NCBI GenBank assembly: GCA_965242525.1
Contig: OZ251459.1
Location: 288,001-352,000, forward strand
Direction of reading: 5' to 3'
Length of the DNA: 64,000 bases
From: an uncultured Candidatus Binatia bacterium
GTDB lineage: Bacteria > Desulfobacterota > Binatia > UBA9968 > JAJDTQ01
The translations under genes and the position numbers were made by a program. Under the pieces are notes generated by a model. That model did not search any database, was not told where the DNA came from, and worked only from the letters and a program-made list of their open reading frames with translations. Shown here one piece after another: positions 9,398-19,500 of the stretch (positions within the stretch are counted from its first letter, which is position 1; each line of letters opens with the position of its first letter).

Positions 9398-10759
9398 CTA
9401 GCCGGCCGCGGCCGCCCCTTGCTGCCCCCGCCGCTCGAAGTAGTCCCTGGCGATGTCGGGAAACAGCGTGTAGGAGAGCAGGTCTTCCTCGCTGGCCGCA
9501 AGGTCGCCGATCTCCTGGCGGGCGGCTTCCATCCTGGGCTCCAGCAGGTCCGCGGGGCGGCAGCGGATGGGGTCCTTCTTGCCGAGGACCATGGCCTTCA
9601 TCTCGTCGCTGACCTGTCCCGGGGGCGCGCCGTAGTGGCCCATGACGTAGTTGCGCACTTCCATGGTGACGACCCCGTAGCGCTTGCCGGTGAGGACGTT
9701 CAAGGTGGCCTGGGAACCCACGATCTGGCTGGTGGGCGTGACCAGCGGCGGATAGCCGAGGTCCTTGCGCACCGCCTGCACTTCCCGGAGCACTTCGTCC
9801 AGACGGCCTTCGGCGTTCTGCTGGCGCAACTGCGTCACCAGGTTCGAGAGCATGCCGCCGGGGATCTGCGACTCGACGATCTCGGCGTTGACCCGGTTGC
9901 TGACGGGGCTCTCGAAGTCGCTGTACTTGCTGCGCACCTCGGTGAAGTAGTTGGCGATGCCGTTGAGTCGGCGCAGGTCGAGGCCGGTGTCGCGGGGGGT
10001 GCCCTTGAGGGACACCACCAGGGCCTCCGTGGCCGGTTGCGAGGTGCCGTGGGACAGTGTGGAGATGGCCGTGTCCACGATGTCCACGCCTGCTTCCACG
10101 GCCATGATGTAGGACATGTGGGCCATGCCGGTGGTGCAGTGGGAGTGCAGGTGGACGGGAACGGTGAACCGCCTCTTCAACTCGCCGATGAGCTCCCGCG
10201 CCACGTAGGGCGACAACAGGCCGGCCATGTCCTTGACCGCCAGGACGTCGGTGCCGGCTTCCACGAGCTTTTCGGCGAAGTCGATGAAGTATTCCAGCGA
10301 GTGGACCGGACTGATGGTGTAGGAGATGGCGGCCTCCAGGGTCTTGCCGGTGCGTTTCACCGCGTCCATGGAGGTCTTCATGTTGCGGACGTCGTTCATG
10401 GCGTCGAAGACCCGGAACACGTCGATGCCGTTGTCCGCGGACTTCTCGACGAAGTACTCCACCGCGTCGTCCGGGTAGTTGCGGTATCCGACGATGTTCT
10501 GGCCCCGCAGCAACATCTGGAGCCGGGTGTTGGGCATGGCGTCCCGGATCAGCCTCAGGCGGTCCCAGGGGCACTCGTCCAGGTATCGGAGGCAGGCGTC
10601 GAAGGTGGCCCCTCCCCACATCTCCACCGACCAGAAGCCGATGGCGTCCAGCTCCTGGGCGATGGGGAGCATGTCCTCGGTGCGCATCCTCGTGGCGAGC
10701 AGCGACTGGTGCGCGTCCCTCAGTACGGTCTCGGTGACCCCGACTCTCTTGCCTTCCAT
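9398..10759 (-). CDS. pyruvate/oxaloacetate carboxyltransferase (PycB/OadA/transcarboxylase 5S-like), no biotinyl domain
   Basis: LRDAHQSLLATRM, EMWGGATFD, LRGQN, KDMAG, HSHCT, QIPGGM, GYPPLVTPTSQIVG; no AMKM motif. Confidence 0.88.
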   Translation of the reverse strand: MEGKRVGVTETVLRDAHQSLLATRMRTEDMLPIAQELDAIGFWSVEMWGGATFDACLRYLDECPWDRLRLIRDAMPNTRLQMLLRGQNIVGYRNYPDDAVEYFVEKSADNGIDVFRVFDAMNDVRNMKTSMDAVKRTGKTLEAAISYTISPVHSLEYFIDFAEKLVEAGTDVLAVKDMAGLLSPYVARELIGELKRRFTVPVHLHSHCTTGMAHMSYIMAVEAGVDIVDTAISTLSHGTSQPATEALVVSLKGTPRDTGLDLRRLNGIANYFTEVRSKYSDFESPVSNRVNAEIVESQIPGGMLSNLVTQLRQQNAEGRLDEVLREVQAVRKDLGYPPLVTPTSQIVGSQATLNVLTGKRYGVVTMEVRNYVMGHYGAPPGQVSDEMKAMVLGKKDPIRCRPADLLEPRMEAARQEIGDLAASEEDLLSYTLFPDIARDYFERRGQQGAAAAG

Positions 10760-10861
10760 CAGTTTCTCCCGGTTCGACGAACGGTGACGTGCAGCGATGC
10801 TGACAGGTGACGCGGCAGGATAAGGCATCCGCGGCCCGTTTGCAAGCAAAACGCCCTATAT

Positions 10862-10953
10862 CCCCGTTCGTCCTGAGCGTAGCGAAGCGAAGTCGAAGGA
10901 CGCGCTTTCCCGCAGGGAGAGGAAGTCCAAGCCGGAATTGTTCCGACCTTTCC
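10862..10953 (+). repeat. dispersed REP/MITE-like element, copy 1
   Basis: 45-bp core CCCCGTTCGTCCTGAGCGTAGCGAAGCGAAGTCGAAGGACGCGCT (10862-10906), identical at 42390, 43088 and (reverse) 43313. The right flank also aligns with the reverse complement of 43267-43312. Confidence 0.85.
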
Positions 10954-10986
10954 ATTGGGGGTCTTCCGGCAGGAAAACGCGGCGCT

Positions 10987-12465
10987 TCAAGCCCGGGCGC
11001 CCGCGGTCGGAGCAGCCGGGACCGTCCGCGGGACCGCGTGGGGGGCGCACGGCAGGTGGACGGAGACGCGGGTGCCCTTGCCCAACCGGCTCTCGATCTT
11101 CAGTTCGCCGCCGTGGGCCTGGGTGATGTGCTTGACGATGGCGAGACCCAGCCCGGTGCCGCCGAGTTCCCGGGAGCGCGCCTTGTCCACGCGGTAGAAC
11201 CGCTCGGTGAGCCGGGGCAGGTCCTTTTCCGGGATGCCGCAGCCGGTGTCCGACACGGTCAACGCCGCCCTGGGTCCGCGGCCGCCGTTGGCGCCCGGCT
11301 CGAAACGCGCCTCCACCGCCACCTCGCCGTGCTCGGGGGTGTACTTGACGGCGTTGTCCACGAGGTTGATGAGCAGTTGCTGGAGGCGGTCCTCGTCTCC
11401 GAGGAGGTGCGGCGCGTCGGCGTCCACGTCGGCGCGTATGCGGATGTGCTTCCGGTTGGCCTGGGTGCGGAAGAGCTCCAGGACGCGTTCCGTCAGCGGC
11501 TTGGCGGCTACTTGCTGCATCCTCAGGCTCACGTTGCCCATCTCCAGGTCGGACAGGGCCAGCAGGTCGTCGATGAGGCGTCCCATGCGTTCCGAGTGGC
11601 GCTTGACGACCTGGAGGAACTGGCGCGCCTTCCTGGGGTCGTTGGGCGGGTCGTCCAGGAGCGTCTCGGCGTAACCCTGTATGGCGGTCAGGGGCGTGCG
11701 CATCTCATGGGAGACGTTGGCGACGAAGTCGGCGCGGATCTGCTCCAGCCGCTTCAACTCGGTGACCTCGTGGAACACCAGCACGTAGCCGAGCAGGCGC
11801 CCCCGGGAGTCCTTCAGACGGGCGGCGTTGACCGTGAAGCAGTCGTCGCCGAGGGTCACCTGGCGCTGGAGGGCGTCCCGGGCGGAGTCGCTTCCCACCA
11901 TCTCCCGAATCAGGGCCTGCATCTCCGGATGGCGCAGGATCTCCACCGTGGACATGCCGAGGACGTTGGCGTCCGGCGGAAGGCGGAATATGCTCTGGGC
12001 CATCTGGTTCACCAGGATCACCCTGCCGTCGGTGTCCAGCACGACCACCCCTTCCATCATGCAGCTCAGGATGGAACGCAGTTTCTCCCTTTCCGCGGTG
12101 GCTTCCCGGAGGCGGCCCGTCAGGGCGCCGGCCAACCGGCCGAGGCCTTCCTCCAACGCCCCCAGCTCGTCCGCGCGACGCACCGGGAGCGCCGTCCCGG
12201 AGGGGTCTTCTTCGCGGCCGGCCCTCCGGCAGAAGGCCACCATGTCGGCCACGCGCTTCCGCGTCCGCCGGAGCCATGCCGCGGCTCCCAGCAGGCCCAG
12301 GGAGAAGACGGCCCAGGCCCCAACGAGCGCCAGCGGGTCCAGTGGCGCTTCGGAGGACGGGGAGCCCGGACGCCAGAGATGGACGAAAGCGAAGAAGAGC
12401 AGGGTGAGCAGCAGGTAGCCGGCGCACAACCCGCCGACGAGACTATTTCTCGAGGGACTTCTCAT
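10987..12465 (-). CDS. phoR: phosphate regulon sensor histidine kinase (HAMP-PAS-HisKA-HATPase)
   Basis: DFVANVSHEMRTPLT, NLVDNAVKY, ERFYRVDKARSRELGGTGLGL; downstream of phoU-phoB. Confidence 0.85.
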   Translation of the reverse strand: MRSPSRNSLVGGLCAGYLLLTLLFFAFVHLWRPGSPSSEAPLDPLALVGAWAVFSLGLLGAAAWLRRTRKRVADMVAFCRRAGREEDPSGTALPVRRADELGALEEGLGRLAGALTGRLREATAEREKLRSILSCMMEGVVVLDTDGRVILVNQMAQSIFRLPPDANVLGMSTVEILRHPEMQALIREMVGSDSARDALQRQVTLGDDCFTVNAARLKDSRGRLLGYVLVFHEVTELKRLEQIRADFVANVSHEMRTPLTAIQGYAETLLDDPPNDPRKARQFLQVVKRHSERMGRLIDDLLALSDLEMGNVSLRMQQVAAKPLTERVLELFRTQANRKHIRIRADVDADAPHLLGDEDRLQQLLINLVDNAVKYTPEHGEVAVEARFEPGANGGRGPRAALTVSDTGCGIPEKDLPRLTERFYRVDKARSRELGGTGLGLAIVKHITQAHGGELKIESRLGKGTRVSVHLPCAPHAVPRTVPAAPTAGARA

Positions 12466-13153
12466 CCCACTTGTAGCCTACGCCCCTTATGGTGACGATG
12501 CAGTCGGGACTGCGGCGGCCGCGCTCCAGGGCCGCCCGGATCCTGCGGATGTGGACGTCCACCGTGCGGGGTATCACATGGACGTCGGAATGCCACACCC
12601 CGTCCAGGATCTGGTCGCGGCTCAACACCCGGTCGCGGTTCCGGACCAGGAAGCCCAGGACCTCGAACCCCTTGAGGGTGAGCGGGACCGGCTTTCCGGC
12701 CACGTGGACCTCATAGGTGGTGAAATCGATCCGGAGGGGTCCCTTCTCATAGACTTCCGCGGTGTCGGGCGGCGCCGAAGGCCCGGTTCGCCGGAGCACC
12801 GCCTTGACCCGGGCCACCATCTCCCTTGGGCTGAAGGGTTTGGTGAGGTAGTCGTCGGCTCCCAACTCCAGGCCCACCACCCGGTCGGCTTCCCCCGCCC
12901 TTGCGGTGACCATGAGGATCGGCGTCCGGGCCGTCTTCGGGTTCTGCCGGAGGATCCTGCAGAACTCCAGGCCCGATAGTCCCGGCAGCATCAGGTCCAG
13001 CACGATGAGCCGCGGCGGTTCCTTCCTTACCATCTCGAGGGCGTCTTCGCCGTTCTCGACTTCGAGGACCCGGAAGCGCTCCTGGCGCAGGTGGTAGGAG
13101 ACGAGCTTGCGTATGTCCGCCTCGTCTTCCACGACGAGGATCTTGTCCGACAT
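12443..13153 (-). CDS. phoB: OmpR-family response regulator
   Basis: MSDKILVVEDE..LDLMLP..GADDYLTKPF..RTVDVHIRR..TIRGVGY; lies between phoU and phoR. Confidence 0.85.
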   Translation of the reverse strand: MSDKILVVEDEADIRKLVSYHLRQERFRVLEVENGEDALEMVRKEPPRLIVLDLMLPGLSGLEFCRILRQNPKTARTPILMVTARAGEADRVVGLELGADDYLTKPFSPREMVARVKAVLRRTGPSAPPDTAEVYEKGPLRIDFTTYEVHVAGKPVPLTLKGFEVLGFLVRNRDRVLSRDQILDGVWHSDVHVIPRTVDVHIRRIRAALERGRRSPDCIVTIRGVGYKWDEKSLEK

Positions 13154-13170
13154 CAGGCTTCCCCACGGTT

Positions 13171-13875
13171 TCAAATGGACCGGGGCACTTCCTTGACGTG
13201 GCGGATGCTGGTGCCCTTGACCAGGAATATGACCATTTCCGCGATGTTCGTCGCATGGTCCGCGATTCGCTCCAGGTACTTGGAGACGAACGTGATCTTC
13301 ATGGCCCGGTTGATGGTCCTGGGCTCGGTGATCATGTACGAGACCGTCTCGCGGAAGATCTGCTCGTTCAGGTCGTCGATCTCCTGGTCGTCCTGGCAGA
13401 CCTTGAGGGCCAGGGTCGTGTCCTCGCGCACGAAGGCGTTCAGGCTCTCGGCGATCATCCGCCGGGAGATCTCGGCCATGCGCGGCAGGTCGATGTAGGG
13501 CTTGAGCGGCGCCTCGCGGATCAACTCCAGGGACCGCTCCGATATGTTCACCGAGATGTCCCCGATGCGTTCCAGGTCGGTGGTGATCTTGAGCGCGGTG
13601 GTCACGAACCGGAGGTCCTTGCCCGCGGGCTGGTGGAGGGCGATCAGGCGGACGCACAACTCGTCGATGTCCGCGTCCATGCGGTTGACCTCGGCGTCCC
13701 GTTCGATGACGGCTTCCGCAAGCGCGGCTTCCCGGTCCACCAGGGCCTTGATGGACCGGTCGATCTGGTCCTCCACCAGCCCGCCCATGCGGATGATCCG
13801 GTCGCGCAGCGACTTGAGCTCTTCCTCGTACTTCCGGTCGGTGTGTTCAGGGCGCATGGGCGGCCTCGCGGTCAT
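13171..13875 (-). CDS. phoU: phosphate signalling protein PhoU
   Basis: HQPAGKDLR..DLERIGD..YLERIADHATNIAE. Start uncertain (13899, 13875 or 13857). Confidence 0.92.
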   Translation of the reverse strand: MTARPPMRPEHTDRKYEEELKSLRDRIIRMGGLVEDQIDRSIKALVDREAALAEAVIERDAEVNRMDADIDELCVRLIALHQPAGKDLRFVTTALKITTDLERIGDISVNISERSLELIREAPLKPYIDLPRMAEISRRMIAESLNAFVREDTTLALKVCQDDQEIDDLNEQIFRETVSYMITEPRTINRAMKITFVSKYLERIADHATNIAEMVIFLVKGTSIRHVKEVPRSI

Positions 13876-13913
13876 GGCGGCGCCAGTGGCGGATTCCATA
13901 TGGCCACATCATG

Positions 13914-13952
13914 GTGGCGACGGTGTTACGTCCGCATTGCAACCAGGTTAAA
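13914..13952 (-). promoter_or_regulatory. candidate Pho box (four half-sites at 11-bp period)
   Basis: Minus strand TTTAAC-5-TGCAAT-5-CGTAAC-5-CGCCAC directly upstream of phoU. Confidence 0.5.
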
Positions 13953-14026
13953 CCCCGTCGAGGGCTCCGCCGGAGGCCGTGGACCGCGGCGCCCGAGGCC
14001 GTGGCCTTGCGCGGCCGCCCGTCAGG

Positions 14027-15520
14027 CTAGCCGGTCTCGACCTCGTAGGCTTCCGTGTGCCGCTCGGAATCGGCCTTGACGATGACCTTGCGGTCGATCT
14101 CGCGTTCCAGGGCCTCCAGGCTCTCCTTGGCCTCGTCGTACAGGAAGTTGGCGATACCCGGGTGGACGCGCAAGGTGATGCGTCCGCCGTTGTCCAGTTG
14201 CAGGCTCTCCCGCTTGATGCGGCGCAGGATCTCGTAGGCGATGGTGGGGTGGGACTTGATGCGGCCGCGTCCGCCGCAATAGTGACATGGGCTCAGAAGG
14301 ACGTTGCCGAGGTTCTCCCGGGTGCGTTGCCGGGTCATCTCCACGAGCCCCAACCTGGAGATGGGCAGCACCCGGGTCTTGGCCCTGTCCTCCTTGATGG
14401 CGTCCTTCAGCGCGTCGTAGATCTCCTTCCGGTTGGCGGCCTGGGCCATGTCGATGAAGTCGATGATGATGAGGCCCCCCACGTTGCGCAGCCTCAGTTG
14501 GCGCACGATCTCCCGGGCCGCCTCCAGGTTGATCTTGAAGACCGTCTCTTCCTGGTCCTTCTTCCCCACGTACCGGCCGGTGTTCACGTCCACGGCCGTC
14601 AGCGCTTCGGTCTGCTCGATGTTGATGTACCCGCCGGATTTCAGCCAGATCTTGGGATCCAGCGCCCTGAGGACCTTGCGTTCGACCTCGTAGCGGTCCA
14701 GCAGCGGCTCGGGTTCGTCGTACAGCTTCACGCGCCCCTTGAGCCGCGGCATGAACTGCTTCACGAATTCGAGTACGCGCTGGTGCTCCCCGGCCTGATC
14801 GACCACGACTTCCCTGGTGTTGGCGTTGAAGAAGTCGCGGATGGTGCGCGGGACCAGGTCCAGGTCCCGGTGGATCAACTCCGGCGTGGACGCGGTTTCC
14901 AGGCGTTTGCGGATGCGGGACCAGAGGGTCGTCAGGAACCGGACGTCGCTCTGGACATCCCTCTTGTTGCGCCCCTCGCAGGCGGTCCGGATGATGAAGC
15001 CGCCGTCCTCCACGGCCAGTTCCTGGACGATTTCCTTCAGCCGCTTTCGTTCCTTCTCGTCCTCGATCTTGCGGGAGACGGCCACGTGCCGGGTGGCGGG
15101 CATGAACACCAGGAACCGGCCGGGCAGGGATACGTGGGTGGTGACGCGCGCGCCCTTCATCCCGAGGGGCTCCTTGGCCACCTGGGCCAGGATCTCCTGG
15201 TCGGGGCTGAGTTGCTGCTCGATGCGGGGCCGCCCCGGTTCGGGGCCGGGTTCCACCGCCGCTTCGTCGTCGCTCCCGTCCACCGCCGCCCCGGACGGGG
15301 CGCAGACGTCCGAGGCATGGAGGAAAGCGGCCTTCTCCAGCCCGATGTCCACGAACGCCGCCTGCATCCCGGGCAGCACGCGCACCACGCGCCCCTTGTA
15401 GAGGTTGCCGACGCAGACCTCTTCCCGGTTGCGTTCGATGAGGAACTCGGCCAAGCCGTTGTCCTCCATCACGGCGATGCGGGTTTCCTGGGGGGTCGTG
15501 TTGATGAGGATCCGTCTCAT
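14027..15520 (-). CDS. rng: ribonuclease G (Rne/Rng family)
   Basis: GNLYKGRVVRVLPGMQAAFVDIG, DVNTG, GGLIIIDFIDM, GLVEMTRQR, CxxC; ~500 aa with no C-terminal scaffold. Confidence 0.9.
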   Translation of the reverse strand: MRRILINTTPQETRIAVMEDNGLAEFLIERNREEVCVGNLYKGRVVRVLPGMQAAFVDIGLEKAAFLHASDVCAPSGAAVDGSDDEAAVEPGPEPGRPRIEQQLSPDQEILAQVAKEPLGMKGARVTTHVSLPGRFLVFMPATRHVAVSRKIEDEKERKRLKEIVQELAVEDGGFIIRTACEGRNKRDVQSDVRFLTTLWSRIRKRLETASTPELIHRDLDLVPRTIRDFFNANTREVVVDQAGEHQRVLEFVKQFMPRLKGRVKLYDEPEPLLDRYEVERKVLRALDPKIWLKSGGYINIEQTEALTAVDVNTGRYVGKKDQEETVFKINLEAAREIVRQLRLRNVGGLIIIDFIDMAQAANRKEIYDALKDAIKEDRAKTRVLPISRLGLVEMTRQRTRENLGNVLLSPCHYCGGRGRIKSHPTIAYEILRRIKRESLQLDNGGRITLRVHPGIANFLYDEAKESLEALEREIDRKVIVKADSERHTEAYEVETG

Positions 15521-15636
15521 GCGTCACGCAGGCTCGTCGGCGGGGAAAGGAGCGGTCGAAGTCCGGTGCACGGACGGCAAGGAGTCGTCCACACAGTCGT
15601 AAACCGGTTCGGGATGCAGGAGCACACTATGCACTG

Positions 15637-15665
15637 ATGATAGGCCAGTCCATGCCAAATGGCAA
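15637..15665 (-). promoter_or_regulatory. candidate sigma70 promoter for rng
   Basis: TTGCCA-17bp-TATCAT on the minus strand. Confidence 0.5.
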
Positions 15666-15698
15666 ACCGGACTCCACCGGCTGCCGGAGCGGCCATGT

Positions 15699-15727
15699 TT
15701 GACAAGGTCCGCGCACGGCGATACATT
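15699..15727 (+). promoter_or_regulatory. candidate sigma70 promoter for the HNH gene
   Basis: TTGACA-17bp-TACATT. Confidence 0.55.
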
Positions 15728-15803
15728 CAGGAGGATTCAACCTGGGGCCTTCGTGGATACCGCCGCACATCAGGAAAAACGTGTTGCTCCGGGCCGTTCT
15801 CCG

Positions 15804-16400
15804 ATGCACACGAAGGTGCTGATGTTGAATCGGTCGTACCTTCCGATCCACGTCACGTCGGTGCGTCGGGCTTTCACCCTGCTCTACCTGGGCATCGCCA
15901 AGGCCGTCAACGAAAGATACCAGACCTTCGATTTCAAGGGCTGGAGCGGCCTGTCGGCGTCGGTCCACGAGGAGACCGTGGGGCTGGTGGACCACGTGGT
16001 GCGGGTGCCGCGGGTCATCCTCCTGGTGCAGTACGACCGGATGCCCCGGCGGCAGGTCCGGTTCAGCCGCTACAACGTCTATGCCCGGGACCGGTCCACC
16101 TGCCAGTACTGCGGGCGCAGGCTCCCGCGCCACCAGCTCAACCTGGACCACGTAATCCCCCGCTCCCGCGGCGGCGCCTCCCGGTGGGACAACGTGGTCT
16201 GCTCCTGCGTTCCGTGCAACCGCCGGAAGGGCGGGCGGACGCCCCAGGAGGCCCGGATGACGCTGCTGCGCCAGCCCCTCAAGCCCCGCTGGACGCCGCT
16301 GGTCCAGGAGGGCGGAGGGAACGTCCGCTACCGCGAGTGGCTCCCGTTCCTGTCCGCGGTGGACGCCTCGTACTGGAACGCCACCCTGCTGGAGGAATAG
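15804..16400 (+). CDS. HNH endonuclease (McrA-like)
   Basis: VLMLNRSYLP, RD..TCQYCG, NLDHVIPRSRGG..W.NVVCSC..CN.RKG. Confidence 0.9.
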   Translation: MHTKVLMLNRSYLPIHVTSVRRAFTLLYLGIAKAVNERYQTFDFKGWSGLSASVHEETVGLVDHVVRVPRVILLVQYDRMPRRQVRFSRYNVYARDRSTCQYCGRRLPRHQLNLDHVIPRSRGGASRWDNVVCSCVPCNRRKGGRTPQEARMTLLRQPLKPRWTPLVQEGGGNVRYREWLPFLSAVDASYWNATLLEE

Positions 16401-16413
16401 ACGGTTCCTCCGT

Positions 16414-16461
16414 ATCCCACATGTTGTGGTGGACCACCGGCGCCGTCACTCCATGTTGTGA
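16414..16461 (+). promoter_or_regulatory. tandem NrdR-box-like sites upstream of smc
   Basis: atcCcAcATgTtGtgg (16414) and tcaCtccATgTtGtga (16446), 32 bp apart, versus consensus acaCwAtATaTwGtgt; TTGACA follows at 16469. Confidence 0.5.
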
Positions 16462-16550
16462 GTTTCCCTTGACACCGGTCCCTTGCCTGTGAAATAAAAC
16501 GCGGTGGATACTCCGGGTCCGCACACCTTCGGAGTACGGGGTTCGTCACC

Positions 16551-19500
16551 ATGCGTCTGAAGGCTCTGGAAATCTCCGGGTTCAAGTCTTTCGCGGACAG
16601 GACCGTCCTCGATTTCACCTCCGACGTCACGGCCATCGTGGGGCCCAACGGTTGCGGCAAGTCCAACGTCGTGGATGCGCTGCGGTGGGCCATGGGCGAG
16701 CAGAGCGCCCGGTACCTCCGGGGCCAGACCATGGAGGACGTGATCTTCAGCGGCAGCGAGCGGCTTGCGCCCATCGGCATGGCGGAAGTCACGGCGTTGC
16801 TGGACAACTCCGACCACAGCGCCCCGGCCGATTACGGCTCGTTCGACGAGGTGGCGGTGACGCGGCGGCTCTTCCGCTCGGGGGAGTCCGAATACTCCAT
16901 CAACCGCGCGCCCTGCCGTTTGCGCGACATCGTGGAGCTCTTCCTGGGCACCGGCGTCGGCAACAAGTCGTACTCCATCATCGGGCAGGGCCGCGTCGAG
17001 GAGCTGGTGAACGCCAAGCCCGAAGACCGGCGCCGCATCATCGAGGAGGCGGCCGGCACCAGCCGGTTCAAGAGCCGCAGGCAGGCGGCGGAGCGGAAGA
17101 TGGAGCGGACGCGGCAGAACCTGCTGCGTGTGAACGACATCGTCCGGGAGGTGGAGCGGCAACTCCACAGGATCGAGGTCCAGGCAAAGAGGGCCGAGCG
17201 GTACCGGAGCCTCAGGGAACGGTTGCAGGAGATGGAGGTGCGGTGGGCGGCTTGGCGCAAGCAGGGGTTGGAGCGGGAAATCGCCGAGCGCGGCGCCGAG
17301 GTCGCCGCGGTGGAGGACCGGATCACGTCGCTGACGGCCGCGGTGCGGGCCAGGGAGGCGGAAAGCGAGCGCGTCCGCGTCTCCCTGCTGGAGCTCGACG
17401 GCGAGATCGCGGCGTCCCAGGAGCGGCTCCACCAACTGGAGCTGGAGGTGAACCGGGAGGAGCAGCGCATCGAGTCCTTCCAGCGCGAGGAAGGCGAGCT
17501 GAGGGGTTTCGTCGAACGGGAAAGGGCCGACGTCCTCGACGCGGGCGCGCGTCTGGAGCGGGTGGCGAGCGAGATCGAGGAGTTGGGCAAGGCCAGCGAG
17601 GAGTTCGCCCGGTGTTCCCTGGACGAGGACGAGGCGGTGCGGCGCATGGAAGGGGAAGCCGCGGAGTTGCGGACCCGGATCCAGGCGTTCCAGGCCACGG
17701 TGGAGCGCGAGACGGACCTCATGGTGGATCGGGTCGCCGACCACTCCCGGGCCGTCAATGCGAAGCAGGCCCACGAGCAGCGCCTGGCGCGGCTGACCGA
17801 GGAGTCCGCGGAAAAGGAGGGCGAGGAGAGGTCCGTCGAACGGCGGATCGAGGGACTGGACGGCGAGCGGGCGCGGCAGTCCGGCGAGCTCCGGGAGTGC
17901 GAGACGCGGGCGTCCCGGACGGAGGAAGCCCTGCTTCGGGCCGACGCGGGCCTGGAAAGGAGCCGGGCCGCCCTGGCCGGGCGCGAAGAGGTCCTGGCTC
18001 GGCTCAAGGATGAACTGCAGGAGGCGCGTTCCGGCTTGGCCTCCCTCGATGCGCTGCAAAGGAACTTCGAGGGCTACCAGGAGGGCGTGCGCGCGGTCAT
18101 GTTCAAGCACGAGAGCAACGGCGGCTCGGACGGGGTCTGCGGCGTGGTGGCGGACTTCATCGAAGCCCCCCGGGACCTGGAGAAGGCCTTGACCGCGGTG
18201 CTGGGGGAACGGCTCCAGTACGTGGTGGTCCAGGGACACCGGGAGGGAGTGGAGGCCGTCGAGTACCTCAAGCGGGAGTCCGCGGGACGGGGGGGGTTCA
18301 TCCCGCGCCGGTTCGAGCGCCGCAACGGCGCCGCTCCGGTCACGCTGTCGGGCCCGGACGTCATCGCCCCCTTGCTCGGGCTCGTGGAGGTCAAGGACGG
18401 GTACCGGGACGTGGCCGAGTACCTGCTGGGCGACGTGGCGGTGGTCAGGGACCTGGAATCGGGACTGGGGCTCTGGCGCTCCAACGGGTTCCGCCACTCG
18501 CTGGTGACCCTGGACGGCGAGGTCATCGACCCCATGGGGGTGGTCACGGGAGGGAGCGCCGAAAGCCTGGACGGGAACCCGATCTCGCGCCGCCGCAGGA
18601 TCAAGGAGTTGGAGGGGCAGGTCTCGGCGCACGAGGAGAGCGTCCGGGTCCAGGAGCGGCGGGTGGCGGACGCGAGGTCGGAGTTGCAGGGAGCGGAGGC
18701 GGAACGCCAGCGGTTGGTGGACGAGGCCGGGGAGTTGGCGGTGGCCAAGGTACAACTGGAGCACGAGCTGCTGCGCACGGACCAGGCCATTGCCCGCTCG
18801 CGCGAGGATCTGGCCACCGTCGGCCAGGAACTCCGGGACGTGTCCGGCGAGGCCGCCGCGCTGAACGAGTCCATCGAGGCGTGTGACGCCGCCATCGCCG
18901 AGTCCTCGCGGGAAAGGGCCGCGTCGGAGTCGCGGATGAGGGAGCTGCGGGCCTCCTGGCAGCAGTCCGAGGAAGCGTTGCGGACCGCGGAATCGCGGCT
19001 GAACGAGTCCCGGGTGCGGGCGGCCGCGGCTAGGGAAAAGGAGGAGAACTCCCGGGCGAACCTCCAGGACCGGGTCGGCCTGCGCGCCGAGCTGGCCTCG
19101 CGGCTCGGGCAACAGGAGAGCCGGATCGCGGAAACGACCCGCAAGATCGAGGAGACGGCGGCGTCCCGGGAGCGGTCCGAGGCGCGGACACGGCTGTTGC
19201 GCATCCGGCTCCATGAGGCGGAGGCCGACGCGGCCTCGCGGCAACAGGACCGCCGCGCCCTCGCGGACCGGATACGGGAGTTGGAAGAGGCCGTCCAACT
19301 GGTCCGTCCGGACATCGAGGCCGGGCAGGAGGACCGGGGAAGGCTCCAGTTGTTGCAGAAAGAGAAGTCCATGGAGCTGGGCCACCTGCACGACGACATC
19401 CGGGAGAAGTACGGCGTGGACTTGGCGGGGCTGACCTTCGAGGAGGGCGGCGGAGGCGCGTCCCCGGACGACCTGCCCGAAGAGGTGGCGGAGTTGCGCG

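Noticed and set aside
18289-18296. G8 tract in smc as a phase switch
   Set aside because: It is in frame (RGGF hinge-region glycines) in a core gene and is expected by chance in GC-rich DNA.
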